Assembly: GCA_027487795.1 (NCBI GenBank)
Contig: JAIYCX010000031.1
Coordinates: forward strand, 215,291 to 279,290
Reading direction: 5' to 3'
Length of the DNA stretch: 64,000 nucleotides
Origin: Pseudomonadota bacterium
GTDB taxonomy: Bacteria > Bdellovibrionota_C > UBA2361 > SZUA-149 > DAOLCO01
Shown: one piece after another, positions 39,497 to 49,402 of the stretch
How positions within the stretch are numbered: the first letter of the stretch is position 1
Layout: the number at the start of each line of letters is the position of its first letter
Made by a program: the position numbers and the translations under genes
Notes under the pieces: generated by a model
Database searches by the model: none
What the model saw: only the letters and a program-made list of their open reading frames with translations
Told to the model about the DNA's origin: nothing

Positions 39497-41120
39497 ACTC
39501 TCCTTCTTTTTGTTTGATATTTTCAACAATTGTCTCAAGTTCAATATTTTTTAGAGATACTTGTATCCTATCTCCACTATTTATATCTTCTCCAGAAGTA
39601 AGGATTTTTCCCTTATGTCTTATGATTGCAAAACCACGAGACAATTGCACCTCTGGTGAAATCGCCTTAAAAAAATGTTGAAATCTTTCTATTCCTTGTT
39701 CTGTATTTTTTAAAATTATCTCTGTAATTTTAAAGTTAGAAACAACATTGATTAGTTTTTCATTAGAATTATTAAGTAAATATTCTGAACTCGTAAATAA
39801 TCTTTTTAAATAGTTATCAGCGTCTTGTTCTTTATTTTTAACAACAAGCTGTCCTAGATTTGATAGCATAGAAACAGATTTCAATTTATTAGATATTTTT
39901 TCAACAGAATATCTTGAAATATTTCTTAATAAGGAAACAATATTAACAGTTTTTGATTCTATTTCTGAAATATAGTTTGTTGAAATTATTAATATTTTAT
40001 CAGCTAAAGATAATACCGCATCTCTGTAATCAACGATGATACGAGATAAATAATGTCCAATATCCTTTGGCACACCAAAACTTTTATTACTAACATCCTG
40101 TGCTGACGATTGGTCCTCTTCATGACCAACTGCTGAAAATATTGGTTTTTTACTCAGGCATATTGCTTTAGCTACTTCGTACGCATTAAAAACTGATAGA
40201 TCAGAAGAACTTCCACCACCTCGAAATAACAAGATAATATCAATCTCAGGATCTTCATTAAAAAACTGAATCGCTTTTATTACATCAGATCTTGCATCAC
40301 TTCCCTGAACTCTAATCGGGTACCAAGAAACATTAAATCCAAAATTTGCAGTACTTAAAGAGGATAGAAAATCATTTATAACAGTTCCTGTTTTACTAGT
40401 AAGGACTGCTAAATTTTTTGGTATACTTGTCACTGTCAATTGTTTATTTAAATTAAATAAACCTTCTGACTTTAACCTATTATTTGTCTTATCTCTTTCT
40501 GCTGCAATTTTACCCTTAGTATATTCAGGGTAAAATCTTTTTACTTGCAATGAACAATTTGCATTCTTTGAATTGACTGCAATTGTAGCTGATAACAATA
40601 CAGGTAAATCATCTTCTAACTTAAAACCCTGCTCCTCTAGAGCTAGTATAGAATTTAACTGATTCTCCCAGATAACACAGCGAATTGCTACATCACTTTT
40701 TTCAGGATCATGAAGATCGAAATAAATTCTAGTACCTCTATAACTTTTAACATTCTTTATTATTCCAAATACTTTTTGCTCAATAGAAAAATACTTTCTT
40801 AAAACTGCATCTATTGAAAAAATTAAACTAGATACAGAAAGAGAATCACTTGGTTCGTTCGAAATATTAGGAACTAGTGACTCTACGACATCCTCAGCAC
40901 TCTCATCATCATTAAACCCTACATAAGTAGCTAAAGGAAAACGTTTTTTTAAAGAGCTTACAGAATTACCACTACTTGATATCGCCCAAGTTTTAGTATC
41001 GAACTGCCATTTAGCACCATGACAAGATTTTATTTCTTCTCTATAAGAATAAGTATCTCCAGAAAATGCTATACGAGCATTTTTCTCCTCTAAGGTAATA
41101 ATAAGATTACGGGCACTCAA
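39483..41120 (-). CDS. xseA: Exodeoxyribonuclease VII large subunit with a ~95-aa N-terminal extension
   Basis: OB-fold ('TRIYFDLHD...IRCVIW'), then catalytic 'LLFRGGGSSSDLSVFNAYEVAKAICLSKKPIFSAVGHEEDQS' matching 'RGGGSxEDLWxFNxExxxRAxxxSxIPVxSAVGHExD'. 545 aa against ~450 typical. Confidence 0.8.
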   Translation of the reverse strand: MSARNLIITLEEKNARIAFSGDTYSYREEIKSCHGAKWQFDTKTWAISSSGNSVSSLKKRFPLATYVGFNDDESAEDVVESLVPNISNEPSDSLSVSSLIFSIDAVLRKYFSIEQKVFGIIKNVKSYRGTRIYFDLHDPEKSDVAIRCVIWENQLNSILALEEQGFKLEDDLPVLLSATIAVNSKNANCSLQVKRFYPEYTKGKIAAERDKTNNRLKSEGLFNLNKQLTVTSIPKNLAVLTSKTGTVINDFLSSLSTANFGFNVSWYPIRVQGSDARSDVIKAIQFFNEDPEIDIILLFRGGGSSSDLSVFNAYEVAKAICLSKKPIFSAVGHEEDQSSAQDVSNKSFGVPKDIGHYLSRIIVDYRDAVLSLADKILIISTNYISEIESKTVNIVSLLRNISRYSVEKISNKLKSVSMLSNLGQLVVKNKEQDADNYLKRLFTSSEYLLNNSNEKLINVVSNFKITEIILKNTEQGIERFQHFFKAISPEVQLSRGFAIIRHKGKILTSGEDINSGDRIQVSLKNIELETIVENIKQKEGEYDES

Positions 41121-41222
41121 ATTTAAATCGTAGCTAGAATGAAATTATTTATGAAATTCTAATAGCACATTAGACTTATGCTATCTACAGAACTAAATGC
41201 TTTAGCATTTTTATTAAAATGA

Positions 41223-41876
41223 TCAAACCTTCACTCTGCGACCTCGACCGCCGCTATAAGCCATCCTTACAGAATCAGCATTCTTTTTACTAGAAATATC
41301 AGGTGCAAAATATGTATTCAATAAAAGTCTTAATTTTTTTAGAGCTTTTGTTTTAACTCTTGATAAATGACATCTACAATAATTAAGTTCTTTAGATAAA
41401 TCGAGAAGAGACTCTTCATTAATACAATGTCTCTTTACTACTATAAGTTCTAACCAATCTAAATTATTTAAAGCATTTTCAAAGTTACCCTCTTCTTCTC
41501 TATCTAATAAAATTTTTTCTGGAGACTGATTTTCTATTTGAAGACTAACTTCTTGTACCTCTTCTTCTAAAGCATCTTGCTCTGCTAAAGTGGCTGTATC
41601 TATGCTTTCTAGAACTCGCTTATGCTTTACGATATCAGAAATCTCTTTTAACAGCCTTCCCTTTAAATGGTAATAAAGTAATGTTTGAAATTGAACGCCG
41701 TATTTAGGATTAAATGTCTTATTAGTCTCACATATTGATAAACCAACGACGCTAAGGATATCTTCATCAGAAAGTTTAGCGCCCCAAGAATTTAATAATT
41801 TCCAGGATAAGCGGACACCTAAGTCGACTCTATCAGATGTATTATCTTGCTTGCTACTAGAACAACGATCACTCAT
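41223..41876 (-). CDS. Sigma-70-family sigma factor, compact (regions 2 and 4 only; FliA/sigma-28-like or ECF-like)
   Basis: Region 2-like 'LSDEDILSVVGLSICETNKTFNPKYGVQFQTLLYYHLKGRL'. Region 4 HTH 'LSKELNYCRCHLSRVKTKALKKLR'. Confidence 0.5.
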   Translation of the reverse strand: MSDRCSSSKQDNTSDRVDLGVRLSWKLLNSWGAKLSDEDILSVVGLSICETNKTFNPKYGVQFQTLLYYHLKGRLLKEISDIVKHKRVLESIDTATLAEQDALEEEVQEVSLQIENQSPEKILLDREEEGNFENALNNLDWLELIVVKRHCINEESLLDLSKELNYCRCHLSRVKTKALKKLRLLLNTYFAPDISSKKNADSVRMAYSGGRGRRVKV

Positions 41877-41929
41877 AACTGCTTTGGGGTATTATAAATA
41901 CTACAAGAGTTATGACTATTTTGGTAAAA

Positions 41930-43411
41930 TTAGTATCTAAAAAAACTCTCTGCCTTACTTAATCTATTCTCTTTTTCTTCATTAAGTCGCGTCAAGAGTA
42001 GTCGTATTCGAGTGTATTTAGTCTGTAATGTTAAAAATTCTTGATTATCACCCTTTGATGTATCCGGATGTATAGTTTTAACTTTTTTTCTATAATTTCT
42101 AGCTAGTTCAGCAAAATTACTGTTAGGTCTGAGCATAAAATAAGATCTTAATTCTCTTAATTCAGACCTTTCTTCAGAAGTTAAACAACTCTCTTCCTCT
42201 ATCCTACTACTTGATTTAACTGATTTTAATTTATTGTAATATCGATAAGCTAAATATCCAAATACAGTTAAAACAGATAGAAAAATAAAAATATATTTTA
42301 AAATATTAAAATTATTTTGCTTATTTTGATTAGCTATGAACTCTGCTCGACATTGATTCTCATTTTTTATAAAAATACATAACTGCATTTTTTGTTCTTC
42401 TGTTAAATTTTGTGGTTTAAATAAACTAGGAAGAACTGTTTTACGAAACAAACTAAATGTTTCAGTAGTCATATAATATTCAGGGATTTGATTTAAAAAG
42501 CCTAAAGATTTTTGAAAACTGAGCTTATCAACTAACGAAGATCCGTATTCTAAGTATAAAGCAGTAAAATTTTCCAAGATACTCACTGGATAAGTTTCTA
42601 AAAACTTACATCTATTATTATATTCTGAATTAATAAAATCAGTAGCACAAAAAATAAGCTTTTCTAATAAAACAGCACTTTCATTACTGGTCTTTAAAGA
42701 ATTTTCATCCAAATAAGTCTTTAATGTTTTTAATCCGGTAACTAAATTAGAGTTTTTGTTATTAAAATTTGAAAATAAAATTTTCTCAAACTGCTCATTA
42801 CTTCCGTAAGTTAAAACTAGCTTTTGAAAAAAGATTACACTTTCAGAATTATAAGTGGGAAGTTTTTCGTAGAAGGTAATTAAAGAGCTGCCAAGACGTG
42901 AAACAAATTCTTCATTACCTAGATTCTTAAATATTTTATCAAATACTGCTATGTTACTTGATATAGAATGATCTATCTGAGTTAATAAATCATTATCTTT
43001 AGCAACTTTATCAATCTCTAATAATACATATAAAAACCTAGCTAAAGTTACCTGATTTAATTCACTGGAATCACCAGCAGAAACTACTTCTAAAAAAGAT
43101 AAATAGTATTTTAAAAATGAGTTATATGCTGACTTTGTTAAAAAACTAAATCCATCTCCCGACAGCCTTCCCTGGTCCACAACTTGAACTATGAGATGCT
43201 GGATTAAAACATCACATTCCGTGAATACCCTAGAAGTGTAGCTTCCTTTTTCCGGCACTATACAGAGCTTATTATTATTTCTAAATTCTACATCAGGATA
43301 TAATGTTTTGATAAATGTATTTTTTAAATCATGGTGAGTTATCTCATTATCTGCTAACGAGAAAAGTGGAAACAATAGAACTAATAAAAATGAAAATTTT
43401 ACCATCTTCAT
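41930..43411 (-). CDS. Membrane-anchored J-domain protein (second paralog): signal peptide, ~340-aa extracytoplasmic region, TM helix, C-terminal J-domain
   Basis: Signal peptide 'FSFLLVLLFPLFSLA', TM 'YIFIFLSVLTVFGYLAYRYY', and C-terminal 'FAELARNYRKKVKTIHPDTSKGDNQEF' with HPD. Same architecture as 16252-17679. Confidence 0.55.
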   Translation of the reverse strand: MKMVKFSFLLVLLFPLFSLADNEITHHDLKNTFIKTLYPDVEFRNNNKLCIVPEKGSYTSRVFTECDVLIQHLIVQVVDQGRLSGDGFSFLTKSAYNSFLKYYLSFLEVVSAGDSSELNQVTLARFLYVLLEIDKVAKDNDLLTQIDHSISSNIAVFDKIFKNLGNEEFVSRLGSSLITFYEKLPTYNSESVIFFQKLVLTYGSNEQFEKILFSNFNNKNSNLVTGLKTLKTYLDENSLKTSNESAVLLEKLIFCATDFINSEYNNRCKFLETYPVSILENFTALYLEYGSSLVDKLSFQKSLGFLNQIPEYYMTTETFSLFRKTVLPSLFKPQNLTEEQKMQLCIFIKNENQCRAEFIANQNKQNNFNILKYIFIFLSVLTVFGYLAYRYYNKLKSVKSSSRIEEESCLTSEERSELRELRSYFMLRPNSNFAELARNYRKKVKTIHPDTSKGDNQEFLTLQTKYTRIRLLLTRLNEEKENRLSKAESFFRY

Positions 43412-45270
43412 GCTGCCTTTTCTATTACTTGATGTAATCTATTTCCTAAAATCTCACTAATAGAATCTAACAACTCTGACTTACTAGCTGGTTTTTCTAA
43501 GATTTTTTTAACTTGTGGAGCACTACCATATTCTGCCTTAACAATCTTTTCAGGTCTACCACTAAGAATAATAACTGAAGCATCTGCTGGAAGAAATTCT
43601 AAAAAGTCCATTAACTCCTCACCAGGAATATTCACATCTGCTATAATTAACTTTGGTGTTTCAATATCAATTATTTGTCTAGCTTCAAAAAATGATGAGA
43701 CAGATTTAACTGTATACTTACTTGCTTCTAACCATTTAGAATGAGCTTTTCTCATTATTAGATCATCATCAATTAACAAAATTGAATAAGCAGAGTACCG
43801 ATCTTGAAAATTATTATACATAGTCACAGCAGGCAGATTAAACCAAAAAGTAGATCCCTTTGTCTGATTAGGTGTATATCCGACACTACCACCAGCTTCT
43901 TCAACTAACTTTTTTACTACTGTTAACCCATATCTATTCCCCATATTAGGGACTTCTTTGGATGATCTTATTTTACTAGAAAAAACATTTGCTCTAAGTT
44001 CTGAATCCAAACCTATTCCATCATCGATAACACTTATTTTAAAACTAGAATCAATTCCCTCAAGCTTAATTAAAATATTTCCGCGCGGGGAATACTTAAG
44101 TCCATTACTTATTAAATTATCCAATACTCTGAACAAAACTTCTTTTGCAATATTTATTTTACCTTTTGCTAATTCTTGATAACGAAGTTCTACCCCCATA
44201 CTTCTAGAAACTACTCTAAAAGAATCAACTCTATTTTTTATTAAAGTTGATATTTCGTATTCCTGAACAGATATATTTTTAAAGTCTCTACTTACATTAT
44301 CAATATTAAATAAACCTTGTATCATTCCTAGTTGTTCTTCTAGAGCATATTCAATATCCTTTATTAGCATTTGCTGATCTGAGTTCGATGTCAGTCTCAT
44401 AGTTTCATCTAATTCCCTAAGAGCATAAAGAGCTCTAGAGCCTGGTGCTTTTAAATCATGCGATAAAGAAAGCATTTGTTCTCTTTTCTCATCTTCAAAA
44501 TTACTCTTTTTAGTTCGCTCAGTTGATGCGACATATGAAGTTGTTGCATTCTTAACAACTTGCTCTATGGTAGCTCTTCTTTGCTCACTAATTGTGCCAC
44601 CTTGCTCACTAAAACCTAACCAAACAATCCCAAAAGGCTCGTTCTCATTTACGGAATTACCTTCGAAATTTTTGTACATCGGAACGAATAAAGACATACC
44701 GACACCTATTCCACGAAAATCAAATTCGACACCATTCTGTGGTCTTGTATAAATTGTCGTTCTGCCGTCTAAGGGTAATTTTTCAATAGCGATAACGGCT
44801 GGATCTTCTAATCTTGATAAAGATATCCCTGATGAAGCTTTAACTGTCCAAACTTTTTTTTCTAATATGACTACCGCTACAAACTTAGCTTCTGGCGCTG
44901 AGGTTCTATGAACTAAATCACTAAGCATTTTTAATATTTTTTCCTGGGAATCTCCAGATTCAATAAAACCCTCCCCAGTACTTAAAACCTTCAACAAATC
45001 TCCCTTAGTTTCACTTGCCCTCATAGCTCCGTTATAAAAAGCTAACAATCTCCTCCATAACTGTTCAAGTTCACTATTATAAAAAAATAATCCCTTAGGA
45101 GATTTTCCTTCATGGATTAAAGATCTCATACTATAGTGTATTAGTTTAGAATCACTTTCTATTTTCTTCCTAGCTATAAATGAAATGATCGCGGCTAATA
45201 ATGATAGCAATGCTATCATTATATAAAACATTCTTTCATTTAATAAAATATTACTAACAAACTCTATCAT
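43408..45270 (-). CDS. Hybrid sensor histidine kinase (N-terminal TM, HisKA, HATPase_c, C-terminal receiver)
   Basis: H-box 'MLSLSHDLKAPGS', N/G boxes 'DNLISNGLKYS...IDDGIGL...GLTVVKKLVEEAGG', then REC 'ILLIDDDLIMR...KLIIADVNIPGE'. Confidence 0.8.
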   Translation of the reverse strand: MIEFVSNILLNERMFYIMIALLSLLAAIISFIARKKIESDSKLIHYSMRSLIHEGKSPKGLFFYNSELEQLWRRLLAFYNGAMRASETKGDLLKVLSTGEGFIESGDSQEKILKMLSDLVHRTSAPEAKFVAVVILEKKVWTVKASSGISLSRLEDPAVIAIEKLPLDGRTTIYTRPQNGVEFDFRGIGVGMSLFVPMYKNFEGNSVNENEPFGIVWLGFSEQGGTISEQRRATIEQVVKNATTSYVASTERTKKSNFEDEKREQMLSLSHDLKAPGSRALYALRELDETMRLTSNSDQQMLIKDIEYALEEQLGMIQGLFNIDNVSRDFKNISVQEYEISTLIKNRVDSFRVVSRSMGVELRYQELAKGKINIAKEVLFRVLDNLISNGLKYSPRGNILIKLEGIDSSFKISVIDDGIGLDSELRANVFSSKIRSSKEVPNMGNRYGLTVVKKLVEEAGGSVGYTPNQTKGSTFWFNLPAVTMYNNFQDRYSAYSILLIDDDLIMRKAHSKWLEASKYTVKSVSSFFEARQIIDIETPKLIIADVNIPGEELMDFLEFLPADASVIILSGRPEKIVKAEYGSAPQVKKILEKPASKSELLDSISEILGNRLHQVIEKAA

Positions 45271-45280
45271 AGAAATACTC

Positions 45281-46450
45281 TTATACTACTTGAGATTCCG
45301 GATTACTCGAGGTTCCAATTAATCTATAAATCCACGCAAATAAAATTCTTGGGTCAGAAGATTTTGCAACAATTGCATGTGCACCCATATTTAAAATTTC
45401 TAATTGTGCATCTGTTGAATCATCCGAACTAAGAATAATAACTGGTACAGAAACTCCTCTTTCTTTAACATTTCTTAATAAAGAAACTCCTGACTTATCT
45501 GGCATATGAAGATCTGAAATTATAAGACTTAATCCAGAATCTAAAGAAGATATAATAGTCTCTGCTTCACTTACCGACTTAGCAACTGAAACTTTAAATC
45601 CCTTACTGCTAATGCCTCTTCTCAAAAGATCACTAAATCTTTCATCGTCATCAACAAGTAAGATATGAGGTAATTTTATATTACTAACTCCGATTTCATC
45701 TCTAACACTAGAACTATTATTAGAAACTAAGACTGACAAACTAGAATCTTTAGAAATAGGAGATGTAATTTTGATAGTTATCTTATTTTTTAATATTTCA
45801 TTTAAAGAATCTACAAATCTTCGACCTTGAAGATTATCTACCAAAAATTCTTTTAAAGTAATAATTACATGCTTTGATACAGATCCCTTCAAAATTCCTT
45901 CGGAAGTATAACAAAAATACTGCTTACTCTCAGGATCTCCAAATTCTATTCTAAAAGTATCTATCTTAGCAGAGTCTTTTAAAGATAAAATAAATACAGA
46001 AAGAGCATTACTAAGAACCTCAGGGAAATCTTTTAAAAGATTTTTTAAACTTAACAATTCCTCCCAAGACTCGTTTATTAAGCTGTCGAATGAAAGCGAA
46101 GAGACCACCGTAGTATTTGAACTAAATACCTTAGGTATCTTAGATTTATAAGGGTAACAAGTTACCAGATTTAGCTGTTTATTTTGATAATCAAAATACG
46201 GGAAGAAATTATTATTTTTAATCTCTAATAAAGATTCTTCTGATAGTTTTAATACATACAAACTTAAATCTAACTGTTCTAAAAATTTAATATTTAAAGT
46301 ATTGGCAAGACTTCGTCCTAATAAAACTTGATTAACATTCTTCTCTTTTGCTAGTTCATCTAAAGTTAAATTACTATATTTACCTTCAAATTTTGAAAGC
46401 AAATTATAAAAGTATTTCTTTATATTCTCCGTTAGTTTTTCAAACTTCAT
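45281..46450 (-). CDS. Response regulator with a C-terminal receiver domain and a ~260-aa N-terminal domain of uncertain type (possibly GspE_N/T2SSE_N-like)
   Basis: C-terminal 'ILLVDDDERFSDLLRR...LIISDLHMPDKSGVSLLRNVKERGVSVPVIILSS' is a canonical REC. The N-terminal 'LTLDELAKEKNVNQVLLGRSLANTLNIKFLEQL' loosely resembles the T2SSE N-terminal domain. Confidence 0.6.
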   Translation of the reverse strand: MKFEKLTENIKKYFYNLLSKFEGKYSNLTLDELAKEKNVNQVLLGRSLANTLNIKFLEQLDLSLYVLKLSEESLLEIKNNNFFPYFDYQNKQLNLVTCYPYKSKIPKVFSSNTTVVSSLSFDSLINESWEELLSLKNLLKDFPEVLSNALSVFILSLKDSAKIDTFRIEFGDPESKQYFCYTSEGILKGSVSKHVIITLKEFLVDNLQGRRFVDSLNEILKNKITIKITSPISKDSSLSVLVSNNSSSVRDEIGVSNIKLPHILLVDDDERFSDLLRRGISSKGFKVSVAKSVSEAETIISSLDSGLSLIISDLHMPDKSGVSLLRNVKERGVSVPVIILSSDDSTDAQLEILNMGAHAIVAKSSDPRILFAWIYRLIGTSSNPESQVV

Positions 46451-47289
46451 CTTATTTCATCTCCTAGTACCTTATTGCCAACAGAATCAGTTTTCAATGT
46501 TGACATAAAATCAAGAACCGGAACCAAAGGCACTGCTGCGGTTAGAAGCATCAGCCCAATCACCGAAAGAAATACTGGAAAAACTACAAGATTCTCCAAT
46601 CTCTTTACTCTAGTTTCTACAGATATTTTCCATTCATTACCAATTTGTTCACTGAGAGATCGTAGAGAAGCTAATAACTCTCCTCCAACACTTGAACTTA
46701 CTTCAAGATGTAAAAAAACATGTTTTATTGGGTTAAACACTGTTGCTTTTGCAACATGTTCAAAAGCTTTAGATACTGGTATTCCAGAGGCTGCTAATTG
46801 ATACGCTTCTCTAAAAGTTTTTCTAACTACGCTTTTAGAACCAATATCAGTATTACAAGCTTGTTCAAGCGAAGGAAATAAACCTAATCCCGACTCTACT
46901 AATAGAATAATTTCTTCTATAAATAATGGAAGTTCAAAATATACCGCGCGTGTAGTGTCGCTAATTCTTAACTTCAACCACACAGAATAACAAAGCGCAA
47001 AAAAGTAAATCGCTCCAAATGCAATTATTATTGCAGTGCTAAACTCATATAATAAAGTACCGATAAAAAAAGAACTTATGCCAATAATTAAATATGCTAA
47101 TCTTTTAAACTTAAGTAATCGTGTCTGCGATAATAAATCTATAAATCCTGCTTTACAAAGTTCTGGCTCTAATTTTTTATCTAAAACTTCTAGGGCCTTA
47201 TAAAGCTTCTCTCCTTGCTCATCTACCTCAAGAGATGCTGATCCTAAATCTTTAAGTCGCGATTTCAGTTGATTTCTTTTAGTAAACAT
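46447..47289 (-). CDS. tadC: Tad pilus inner-membrane platform protein (TadC-like, T2SSF family)
   Basis: Membrane protein with a T2SSF-like cytoplasmic domain. Translationally coupled to the upstream tadB-like gene. Confidence 0.55.
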   Translation of the reverse strand: MFTKRNQLKSRLKDLGSASLEVDEQGEKLYKALEVLDKKLEPELCKAGFIDLLSQTRLLKFKRLAYLIIGISSFFIGTLLYEFSTAIIIAFGAIYFFALCYSVWLKLRISDTTRAVYFELPLFIEEIILLVESGLGLFPSLEQACNTDIGSKSVVRKTFREAYQLAASGIPVSKAFEHVAKATVFNPIKHVFLHLEVSSSVGGELLASLRSLSEQIGNEWKISVETRVKRLENLVVFPVFLSVIGLMLLTAAVPLVPVLDFMSTLKTDSVGNKVLGDEIR

Positions 47290-47294
47290 AAAAC

Positions 47295-48029
47295 CTACGG
47301 TTTAAAATCACTCATTCTTCTAAGAATGAAATATGAAATAAAAATAATCAAAGTCCCACTCAAACCAATATAAAAAGCAGTAGAATTATTAAAAAGTACC
47401 TTCCAATAATCTTTACTTCTTACAGACATAACCATAATAAGAAGTGGAGCTATAGCCAAAAGAATATTCGCGGTCATTCTCATGCTAGCAGTACTAACTC
47501 TTGCAGACTTAATTAAGTTTTCTCTTTCCCTACAAACCTGAGATAATCTCTCTAAGGTTCTAGAAAACTTCCCACCATTCGTTATAACTAATAGGAACGC
47601 CCTTCTAAAAAGTCTTAATTCTGGTATTTCAATATCTTCAGCGAATTTTTTTACTGCAATATCTTTTGCTACGCCTTTATTGATTTTAAGTAAAAAACTT
47701 TTTACTTCTTTTTTTGCGACACTATCATCTGGCAACAAAACTATAGATCTTTCTAATGCAGAATACACTGTAAGACCGGCTTTAATATTAGAAGAAGTAG
47801 CTAAAAGTACAGAAGGAAACTCTTCAGCAAATTTATTAGCAACTTTTCTTCTTTTCGAACTTGATAAAAAATAAATTATTTTATCAAATGTATTTAAAAC
47901 AATCTCTTTTAAAGTTAATTCATCAGTACCTACAATCTCTTTTTCTTGTTGATGAATATAGTCTAAAGTGTATTTACTCTGAAGAGTATGTAATCTAGAT
48001 AGTAATTTTTTATTCTTTTTTTCGTACAT
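47295..48029 (-). CDS. tadB: Tad pilus inner-membrane platform protein (TadB-like, T2SSF family)
   Basis: T2SSF-like domain ('...LLPDDSVAKKEVKSFL...') with C-terminal TM helices. Immediately downstream of cpaF. Confidence 0.55.
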   Translation of the reverse strand: MYEKKNKKLLSRLHTLQSKYTLDYIHQQEKEIVGTDELTLKEIVLNTFDKIIYFLSSSKRRKVANKFAEEFPSVLLATSSNIKAGLTVYSALERSIVLLPDDSVAKKEVKSFLLKINKGVAKDIAVKKFAEDIEIPELRLFRRAFLLVITNGGKFSRTLERLSQVCRERENLIKSARVSTASMRMTANILLAIAPLLIMVMSVRSKDYWKVLFNNSTAFYIGLSGTLIIFISYFILRRMSDFKP

Positions 48030-48031
48030 AA

Positions 48032-49402
48032 TTAAGAAATCCTAGATCCTCCTAGTGATTGCTTTATACCGATTCTTCTTAGCTCTTCATGATAGTTAGA
48101 AACCCCAGAGCCTCTAATCCAACACGGCTCTTCAGATGAGTTATCAAATTCATACATCGGACTCATCTGCACAGCACCATCAAATGCTGCATCAACTTCA
48201 TTCACTGACAATATTCGTCTAGTTCCTGATAATCTATCAATCCCAACAAAGATAACTACTGAGATTGCATTTGCTATCTGTCTTCTAATCGTATCAGTAC
48301 CAATATCACCTTGCGATCTTGCTAAAAATAGTTCTAATCTCGATAAAGCATCTCTTCCTGACTTTGCGTGTATTGTTGACATTCCTGGGTGTCCAGAAGC
48401 ACAAACATCGACAAAAGCCTCTGCTGCTTCCCCATCTCTTATTTCACCTAGAACTATTCTGTTCATCGCCATTCTCATTCCGGCACGTATTGCTTGTGCT
48501 GGGGAAACTCTACCGTTACCTTCTAGATTTGATTCTCTTGTTAGTAATGTTCTAACAAATCTTCTTTTTAAATTAATTTCATTTGTATCTTCTATTACAA
48601 GTAAAGCTTCGTTATCTTCGATAACACTAGCAAGCGCTCTGACCAATGTTGTTTTTCCAGTACCAACTTCTCCTGCAATAAGAAGAGAACCAGCGCCTAA
48701 CATTACAATACCACTTAAATAATTTAGTACTTCAAATGGAGCATAACCAATGCTCTCAAGCCCCTCTAAGGAAATCGATTGAAATCTTGAAATACGAAGT
48801 GTTAACATCGGTCCAGAGTTAGCTGGTGAAATAGATTCGTGAGTTACACAAGCTCTTATCTGAGGATCAATTGCAGCATCAACTATCGGATTTGCAACAG
48901 TGCAAGCTTTACCTGCTCTTTTTAAAATTGACTCTACGAATGCTTTATATGTTTCAAAGTCTGAAAACTTTACGTCAGTTTGAACGTTTCTTCTACCTAC
49001 TTGAATACTAATATCATCATATGATCTTATAATAATATCATTGACTTCAGGATTTTGAATTAATGAAGTTAAAATATCATAATGATCTAAAGAGGAAGAA
49101 AGTACAGCTAGTGCTGCATGCCTTTCTCTAGTTGATAATTCTTCGCCTTCTTTTCTTTCAATACTTTTTAATAGATCTTCTAATTGTTCCTCAGAAGGAT
49201 TTTGATTTTTTTTCTCAGTAGTAGAAAGACTACTAATTACTTTTTTAGCTTCTTTAACTACATGCTTTGCAGATGCAGTTAAAAGATTATTAGAGGTGAC
49301 TCTTGAATCTATATCTGAGAGATTATCGATATCTCTATTTTTCAAATAGAGTCCTCGAATCTCGTCAATACTAACAAATTTTTTGGATTTATTATTTTGC
49401 AT
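48032..49402 (-). CDS. cpaF: Tad/Flp pilus assembly ATPase (CpaF/TadA secretion ATPase)
   Basis: 'LLIAGEVGTGKTTLVRAL' Walker A, 'LLVIEDTNEI' Walker B region, and the His box/Asp box of VirB11-superfamily ATPases. 456 aa. Confidence 0.85.
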   Translation of the reverse strand: MQNNKSKKFVSIDEIRGLYLKNRDIDNLSDIDSRVTSNNLLTASAKHVVKEAKKVISSLSTTEKKNQNPSEEQLEDLLKSIERKEGEELSTRERHAALAVLSSSLDHYDILTSLIQNPEVNDIIIRSYDDISIQVGRRNVQTDVKFSDFETYKAFVESILKRAGKACTVANPIVDAAIDPQIRACVTHESISPANSGPMLTLRISRFQSISLEGLESIGYAPFEVLNYLSGIVMLGAGSLLIAGEVGTGKTTLVRALASVIEDNEALLVIEDTNEINLKRRFVRTLLTRESNLEGNGRVSPAQAIRAGMRMAMNRIVLGEIRDGEAAEAFVDVCASGHPGMSTIHAKSGRDALSRLELFLARSQGDIGTDTIRRQIANAISVVIFVGIDRLSGTRRILSVNEVDAAFDGAVQMSPMYEFDNSSEEPCWIRGSGVSNYHEELRRIGIKQSLGGSRIS

